Assembly (NCBI GenBank): GCA_040400605.1
Contig: JBBAPZ010000020.1
Location: 1-61,705, forward strand
Reading direction: 5' to 3'
DNA from: Candidatus Sericytochromatia bacterium
GTDB taxonomy: Bacteria > Cyanobacteriota > Sericytochromatia > S15B-MN24 > JAQBPE01
DNA: 61,705 nucleotides
Shown: in pieces, positions 56,387 through 61,705 of the stretch
Layout: each line of letters starts with the position of its first letter
Position numbering within the stretch: position 1 is the stretch's first letter
Program-made: the position numbers and the translations under genes
The notes under the pieces: generated by a model
The model's database searches: none
Told to the model about the DNA's origin: nothing
What the model saw: the letters and a program-made list of their open reading frames with translations, nothing else

Positions 56387-56530
56387 GACTTATGGCTATT
56401 GGGAGGTTCATCTGTCCAGCGGCAAAGCCATGCATGTACATAAGGACGAAGACTGTCCCGACGAGTTATCCGCGTACGTATACGTAACTAACAGAATAAA
56501 GGAGATATATAATGGCACTAACAGCCGAGC
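56183..56530. repeat. Diverged tandem duplication, 172-bp period
   Basis: 24-bp identity at 56183/56355; 20-bp identity at 56339/56511. Confidence 0.9.
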
Positions 56531-56543
56531 GCAAACTAAGTAA
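56340..56543 (+). CDS. Small protein, duplication copy 2
   Basis: Same motifs as copy 1; GGAGGAGCA RBS. Confidence 0.6.
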   Translation: MALTAELHVVDVKPSRTYGYWEVHLSSGKAMHVHKDEDCPDELSAYVYVTNRIKEIYNGTNSRAQTK

Positions 56544-57705
56544 GGTCGTGATTGACCTTATGCGCAACCCACTGTTCGCAGACATGTCCGGTATCTTTAT
56601 GATGGGCAAGAAGGAGGTGCGTGACGACGTGCCAACTGCGCAGACTGATGGCCGTGACGAGGCTTATGGCCGTGCGTTTATCGACGCGCTATCCATACCG
56701 GAGGTAGCTTTCGTCGTGGTGCATGAGTCGTTCCACAAGATGTATCGTCACCTAACTACGTGGAAGAAGCTGCACGACGAGGACCATAGGCTAGCCAACA
56801 TGGCCTGTGACTATGTCATCAACCTAGAGATTGTCACCCGTGACCCGAACGGCACGGTAGTGGCTATGCCGCAGAAAGATGGCAAGCCTGTCGGTCTTAT
56901 CGACCGCAGGTTCAAAGGCATGAACACCAAGCAGGTCTTCGACATACTCAAGCAGGAGCAGGAAGCAGGCGGTGGCCAAGGTGGCGGCGATGGGGAAGGC
57001 ATCGACCACCACGACTGGGAAGGTGCGAACGACCTGACCAAAGAGGAGAAGGAAGAGCTGGTTAAGCAAGTAGACCAAGCTATCCGTCAGGGTATGATTG
57101 CTGCACAGAAGATGCACGGCAAAGGCGCGGGGCGTATGTCGCGTGAGTTGACCGACATACTCGAGCCGAAAGTTGACTGGCGTACGCAGCTACAGGAGTT
57201 CGTTAACACTACCTGTGGTGGCCGTGACTATTCGTCGTGGCGCAAGCCTAACCGGAGGTTTCTATCATCGGACGTCATCATGCCCAGCCTTGTCGGTGAG
57301 CGCGTAAAGAACATCATCATCGGCTGCGATACGTCTGGGTCAATCACCAACGAGGACCACGCACGGAACCTGTCGGAGACTGACGCTATCCTATCGGTGG
57401 TTACGCCTGACAAGCTGCACATCATCTACTGGGACCACGAGATGGCAGGGCATGAGGTGTATGACGACTCGACACGCGGTTCGTTCCGTACCTCGACTAA
57501 GCCAGTAGGTGGTGGCGGCACTAACCCCACCGCTATGGAGACATACCTCAAGGAGAAGGACATCAAGGCTGACTGCATCATCATGTTCACAGATGGCTAC
57601 GTGCCTAACTGGGGCACGGACTGGAACGGCGCACCGATACTGTGGGTAATCACAGGCGGTGGGCGGATGACCGCATCAACAGGCAAGACAATCCACATCA
57701 ACTAA
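56512..57705 (+). CDS. DUF2201-type metallopeptidase plus vWA domain protein
   Basis: TAQTDG, HESFH (HExxH), NMACDYVIN; MIDAS DTSGS, GGGT, FTDG. Confidence 0.88.
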   Translation: MALTAERKLSKVVIDLMRNPLFADMSGIFMMGKKEVRDDVPTAQTDGRDEAYGRAFIDALSIPEVAFVVVHESFHKMYRHLTTWKKLHDEDHRLANMACDYVINLEIVTRDPNGTVVAMPQKDGKPVGLIDRRFKGMNTKQVFDILKQEQEAGGGQGGGDGEGIDHHDWEGANDLTKEEKEELVKQVDQAIRQGMIAAQKMHGKGAGRMSRELTDILEPKVDWRTQLQEFVNTTCGGRDYSSWRKPNRRFLSSDVIMPSLVGERVKNIIIGCDTSGSITNEDHARNLSETDAILSVVTPDKLHIIYWDHEMAGHEVYDDSTRGSFRTSTKPVGGGGTNPTAMETYLKEKDIKADCIIMFTDGYVPNWGTDWNGAPILWVITGGGRMTASTGKTIHIN

Positions 57706-57716
57706 GGAGCAAACCA

Positions 57717-57893
57717 ATGAGCAAGTCCGTTAAGGCGATAGCCGTAGGCGACGTTGTGCATCTCAAAAGCGGTTCGCCGCGCATGACGATTATTGAGATT
57801 GATAAGAACCACGCACGAGTATTGTGGTCTGACTACGAGACCAAGACCTTTTGTAGGGACGAGTTCCCGCTGGTCGCACTCGCCCCCGCATAA
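57717..57893 (+). CDS. YodC/DUF2158-like small protein
   Basis: GDVVHLKSGSPRMTI..W..FP motif; AAGGAGCA RBS. Confidence 0.75.
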   Translation: MSKSVKAIAVGDVVHLKSGSPRMTIIEIDKNHARVLWSDYETKTFCRDEFPLVALAPA

Positions 57894-57917
57894 CAACATA
57901 AACTAAGGAGCAAACTA

Positions 57918-58769
57918 ATGAGTATTTCAAGTTCAGCAATGTTAGTGGAGATGAACATCTCCGTATGGACAGCGGCAATCATCGACCGCAAGACGACCGA
58001 CAAGGTAACCCTAGACGCCCACGCTGTGGCTGACGCGGGTAAGTTTAGAAAGAACCTTATGGCTGGCACCAGCTTGCGTAAGGACATAGCTGACTACGCT
58101 GCGCTGTGTCGCACGTGGCATAACGGACGCACACTGCCTTGGTCCGACAAGGGTGTGAGGCTGCTGCCTACGTCTATGTTTCTGGAGTATAAGCGCGAGG
58201 CGGACGCACGAGCGGCGTACTTCAACTCGAAGGTGGCTAAGTTCGTAGCAGAGTATCCTGACTTGGTCGTGACCGCGCAGGCTAACCTAGGTGACCTGTT
58301 CGACGGTGCCAACTACCCAAGCGCAGAGGACGTGGCATCTAAGTTCGCGTTCCGCATGGTGTTCAGCCCTGTGCCAGAGGTGGGTGACTTCCGTATCGAC
58401 GTAGCAAGCGACGAGCTAACCCACCTACGTAACCAGTACGAGGCGGCATACACTGACCGTGTGAGTGACGCGATGAAGACCACATGGAACAAGCTGCACT
58501 CGACACTGCTGACCATGAGCGAGAAGCTGACCGAGCCAGAGGGCGAGCAGACCAAGCAGTTCCGGTCTACGTTCGTAACCAACGCGCAGGAGATGTGCCA
58601 ACTTCTATCACACCTCAACATCACCAAGGACCCAGAGTTGGAGTCAGCTAGGCAAGCACTGGAGAAAGCCATCAGCGGCATAGACGTCGATAACATACGT
58701 GAGGACGAGCTAGTACGTAGCGACCTCAAGGCGAGTGTGGACTCGGTACTCGGACAATTTGATTGGTAA
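57918..58769 (+). CDS. DUF3150-like helical protein
   Basis: TLPWSDKGVRLLP, YPSAEDVASKF, LNITKDPEL. Confidence 0.6.
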   Translation: MSISSSAMLVEMNISVWTAAIIDRKTTDKVTLDAHAVADAGKFRKNLMAGTSLRKDIADYAALCRTWHNGRTLPWSDKGVRLLPTSMFLEYKREADARAAYFNSKVAKFVAEYPDLVVTAQANLGDLFDGANYPSAEDVASKFAFRMVFSPVPEVGDFRIDVASDELTHLRNQYEAAYTDRVSDAMKTTWNKLHSTLLTMSEKLTEPEGEQTKQFRSTFVTNAQEMCQLLSHLNITKDPELESARQALEKAISGIDVDNIREDELVRSDLKASVDSVLGQFDW

Positions 58770-58783
58770 GAAGGAGCAATACA

Positions 58784-59662
58784 ATGCCACAGGAAAAAGT
58801 AAAATACCCGCTAGACGTACACAACACGTACTGGCCAAGCTATAGCGATGCAGTCTCACAAGACCGCGCTAAGCGGTCCAAGGTGCATCCGTACATGGTC
58901 CCGCTAATCGAGGCACTTCAACACAAACGCCCACACTGGGAGTTCGAAGCCTCTAGTAGCGGCAACGTCAACTACACAGACGGTGCAAACGAGAACCCTA
59001 CTATACTGCACACCATGTTCGATATCTGGGACAATGGCGAGAAGATAGGCGGTATATACAGGGAGTACAAAGGCAGCGGGACTGTCTACGCAGCTAGGAG
59101 TCACCGCATAGCCGCGAAGCGCCAGATAGGCACGAGCAAAATGAGTAAGCACCTAAAGACCATAGTGTCCGAAGTGTTGAAGGAGTGCTACCCGCGCACA
59201 CTGGCCGAGATAGCCGACGAGAAATACAAAAAGTCCCATGAGGCAATGCGGCAAGTTACCTACAAAGATAAGCGTGAGTATATGCACAATCTTGACGTAA
59301 TGCGCGACTCTATGCTGACATACCTAACATCGGGCGACAGGTGGGCGGAGTTCGAAGCAGCCCCAGCCAGCCCTAATGTGATGCAAGCCAAGGCAGCGTA
59401 TATTACCCTAGCAGAGAAGCTGCGTGTAGCGACAGACTTAGTCAGTACGCCTGACCACATGGTGTTGGTTGAGCGTCCAAGGGACTTTATCGTCAAGACC
59501 TTCGACAAGCCGCCATACTCAAGCAGCCTAGATGCACTACCGGACCACGCGAAGACAGCACTTGCCCTACTCAAGATGGCCGACAACAACACAATAATCG
59601 AAGGGATTGGCATCCGCACCGCAGACGATACGTTCTACATCATAACTAAGAAGGAGGCATAA
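58784..59662 (+). CDS. Hypothetical protein
   Basis: GAAGGAGCA RBS; LALLKM..IEGIG C-terminus. Confidence 0.7.
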   Translation: MPQEKVKYPLDVHNTYWPSYSDAVSQDRAKRSKVHPYMVPLIEALQHKRPHWEFEASSSGNVNYTDGANENPTILHTMFDIWDNGEKIGGIYREYKGSGTVYAARSHRIAAKRQIGTSKMSKHLKTIVSEVLKECYPRTLAEIADEKYKKSHEAMRQVTYKDKREYMHNLDVMRDSMLTYLTSGDRWAEFEAAPASPNVMQAKAAYITLAEKLRVATDLVSTPDHMVLVERPRDFIVKTFDKPPYSSSLDALPDHAKTALALLKMADNNTIIEGIGIRTADDTFYIITKKEA

Positions 59663-59839
59663 ATGGCACAGATGGGTAGGCCACCGCTAGGTGACGCCAA
59701 GATGGTCGCAGTAAGTATACGCATACCTAAGCAGCTACTCGAGCAGTACAGGCAGGCGGGCAAGTCTCACATTCTCATGCGTGAGGCACTGCAAAATTTT
59801 ATGTTGACGTACTCCCCAGAGAGGGATAAACACTCATAA
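59663..59839 (+). CDS. BrnA-antitoxin-like ribbon-helix-helix protein (58 aa; not in ORF track)
   Basis: MAQMGRPPLGDAKMVAVSIRIPKQLLEQYRQAGKSHILMREALQNF..; AAGGAGG RBS. Confidence 0.65.
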   Translation: MAQMGRPPLGDAKMVAVSIRIPKQLLEQYRQAGKSHILMREALQNFMLTYSPERDKHS

Positions 59840-59854
59840 GAAGGAGCAAACAAC

Positions 59855-60157
59855 ATGGCGTCAACGCCAGAGAAAAAAGTCAAAGACAAAATCGTCAAGG
59901 TGTTGAAGGAGGAAGGGGTTTATTACTTCTTCCCCGCCACCCATGGCTTTGGTCGTAGCGGCGTCCCTGACATAGTGTGCTGTGTGAACGGTTACTTCTT
60001 CGCCATTGAGGTTAAGGCAGGGACCAACAAGCCTACCCCACTACAGGTGCGTGAGATTGAAGCGATACGCCGGTCTAACGGCGTAGCCGTGGTGGCTAAC
60101 GACCAGAACTGGGACATGGTGCGCGGACTGGTGCGTATGTTGAAGGAGCAGAAATGA
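59855..60157 (+). CDS. VRR-NUC nuclease
   Basis: E..GVPD..IEVK..PTPLQ. Confidence 0.88.
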   Translation: MASTPEKKVKDKIVKVLKEEGVYYFFPATHGFGRSGVPDIVCCVNGYFFAIEVKAGTNKPTPLQVREIEAIRRSNGVAVVANDQNWDMVRGLVRMLKEQK

Positions 60158-60339
60158 CCGACGAACCACTACCCGCAGAAAGACCGCCGTATGAACTTGT
60201 TGCTTTTGCTGCGTGGGTGAACGTGCCCGTTGATAAGATACCCGACACATTCCTTGCACCCACGTGCAAACACACAATGGACGCATGGAAGCGGGTAGCT
60301 GACGCAATCATCGGGAAATACAAAGAGGAGCAGAAGTGA
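60154..60339 (+). CDS. Hypothetical protein
   Basis: GAAGGAGCA RBS. Confidence 0.55.
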   Translation: MTDEPLPAERPPYELVAFAAWVNVPVDKIPDTFLAPTCKHTMDAWKRVADAIIGKYKEEQK

Positions 60340-60590
60340 TGGCTATTTCAACCAAAGAAATGGGGCGGCTTCTCGCCAAGGACCTCGACGAAGCTTTTCG
60401 GGCTGTAGACTACGAGCGACGTACCACATGGGCAATCTACACGGAGTTTAACCACAAGGATTGGAGGTACGATATTATCGACATCGTGCCATGGGTTGAC
60501 CGAAACTACTCGACGCCGTTCACGTTCAAGATTGAAGGTGCCATTGACGAGATGGCTGCATACAAAAAGTTTATAGAGGGACACAAATGA
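60336..60590 (+). CDS. Hypothetical protein with DE[LM]xA motif
   Basis: GAGGAGCA RBS; GAIDEMAAYKKF. Confidence 0.6.
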   Translation: MMAISTKEMGRLLAKDLDEAFRAVDYERRTTWAIYTEFNHKDWRYDIIDIVPWVDRNYSTPFTFKIEGAIDEMAAYKKFIEGHK

Positions 60591-60928
60591 CCAGCATTAA
60601 AAGCAGAGGCAAAGCGGACCAAGACATCATCCGTGCCATTGGGTACATAACTGACGATAAGTATATCGCAGCATACTTCGGTGTGGATGTGAGGCGCGTC
60701 AATCGACTACGCAAGGAGGTGAGCACCCGCAAAGCCAAGGTAGAGACAGTGCGGCAGGTAAAGCTATCAGAGAACGCAAAGCCAACGTCTCAATATTCAG
60801 GCATGAACAGCGACTCCGAACGCAAGTGGAACGCCAACGCCAAGGAAGGTTCAGCGCAGCTGCTTAAGGCACTACTCAAGTTCTTTGCTAACAGAGAACG
60901 CAGACTAAGGGAGCAAGCAAATGTCTGA
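60587..60928 (+). CDS. HTH-containing protein
   Basis: DDKYIAAYFGVDVRRVNRLR. Confidence 0.6.
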   Translation: MTSIKSRGKADQDIIRAIGYITDDKYIAAYFGVDVRRVNRLRKEVSTRKAKVETVRQVKLSENAKPTSQYSGMNSDSERKWNANAKEGSAQLLKALLKFFANRERRLREQANV

Positions 60929-61112
60929 TATGCGAATGGGAGAAAGGTTCGATAAGTTCTGCACCGAGTACGACATACCAGAGAAGCATCACGGCAGCAT
61001 GAGGATGCTTGCCAGCATGGCGTTTGTTCTGGGGTATCATATTGAAGTGCGGCTGCACCCACGTGAGGAACAGGAACAGGAACAGGAACAGGAACAGGAG
61101 CAAAACGTATGA
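60921..61112 (+). CDS. Hypothetical protein with (EQ)n tail
   Basis: GGGAGCA RBS. Confidence 0.5.
   Translation: MSDMRMGERFDKFCTEYDIPEKHHGSMRMLASMAFVLGYHIEVRLHPREEQEQEQEQEQEQNV
61067..61102. repeat. Hexamer microsatellite (GGAACA)5 plus GGAGCA
   Basis: Direct reading. Confidence 0.9.
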
Positions 61113-61318
61113 TTATTACGAATGAACCACGCTGGTTAGCTAAAATAACCTACCGTTATGCCGAGGGACCACGTACCATTACGCTTAGGATTGAGGAGCT
61201 TTTCGAGCTTCAAGACATCGTGGAGTGCGGCCCTAGCTTCTACTCCATTGAGAGTATTGTGGTTATGCCGAGTGAGCGTTGCCCCAAGGTGACCGTGGAA
61301 GAGGCGGCGAAGCAATGA
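61109..61318 (+). CDS. Hypothetical protein
   Basis: AGGAGCA RBS; IEELFELQDIVECGP. Confidence 0.6.
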   Translation: MIITNEPRWLAKITYRYAEGPRTITLRIEELFELQDIVECGPSFYSIESIVVMPSERCPKVTVEEAAKQ

Positions 61319-61554
61319 TTAATATTTGGAGCTTTGTGTCGATATACTTCATCATAGTAGCGGTGTTTAGCTTTGTGCTTGGGCTGTACGATGATGACGA
61401 GGTGCTGGTTATATCGGCGTCACTGTTTTGGCCGTTTACCGTAGTGGTCCTTGCCGGAGTGGGGATACTTTACCTTATCCGTGTACCCTTCAAACTGGCG
61501 CGACGCGTGGATAAACGGCTCACCCCCCAAGAAACAACGGAGCAAAGCGAATGA
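61315..61554 (+). CDS. Small membrane protein
   Basis: Two hydrophobic segments, LFWP. Confidence 0.6.
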   Translation: MINIWSFVSIYFIIVAVFSFVLGLYDDDEVLVISASLFWPFTVVVLAGVGILYLIRVPFKLARRVDKRLTPQETTEQSE

Positions 61555-61679
61555 GCGATAAGACGGTAACAGTACGCACTGGGATGGACTTTTTTGGTGT
61601 CTGCTTCCTCCTCTTCTTCAACTTTGGCGACAGCAATTACGACCTGTATGACGCCATTATGCACTGGCTAATGAAATGA
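61551..61679 (+). CDS. Small hydrophobic protein (42 aa; not in ORF track)
   Basis: GGAGCA RBS, ATGA overlaps. Confidence 0.45.
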   Translation: MSDKTVTVRTGMDFFGVCFLLFFNFGDSNYDLYDAIMHWLMK

Positions 61680-61705
61680 CGGACGAGACTGAAGCTGGAC
61701 AGCCT

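Noticed and set aside
1..61705. Terminal repeats, attachment sites or lysogeny module
   Set aside because: Window ends do not match or join in frame; no integrase or ParA/B recognised

Overview
Nearly the whole genome of a tailed dsDNA phage, probably podovirus-like with an alphaproteobacterial host (inference). It has two divergent arms. The + strand arm carries early and replication genes: at 49.5-61.7 kb many small ORFs, an AAA ATPase plus vWA/metallopeptidase and a VRR-NUC nuclease, continuing at 1-11.6 kb with family A DNA polymerase (5'-truncated by the window), glycosyltransferase, PD-(D/E)xK exonuclease, SNF2 helicase, SSB-like protein and primase-helicase. The - strand arm (11.7-49.1 kb) carries late genes: HNH, terminases, portal, GroES, scaffold, Mu-gpT-like major capsid, small basic proteins, adaptors, tail/fibre genes, holin plus endolysin and internal/ejection proteins. 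No integrase, tRNA, CRISPR array or reverse transcriptase was seen. The most striking unexplained structure is a ~70-nt candidate small RNA at 11650-11717, where the two arms converge. It carries two anti-Shine-Dalgarno segments (UGCUCCUUC and GCUCCUCC) plus UUUGGUUG. These are complementary to an unusual leader, (CAACCAA..)GGAGCA, in front of about 16 + strand genes and in front of none of the late genes I inspected, suggesting a multi-target sRNA translational switch. The 49.1-50.9 kb control region holds twin leftward promoters inside perfect palindromes, four operator-like palindromes and iteron-like repeats. All family assignments are by-eye motif recognition; no database search was run.
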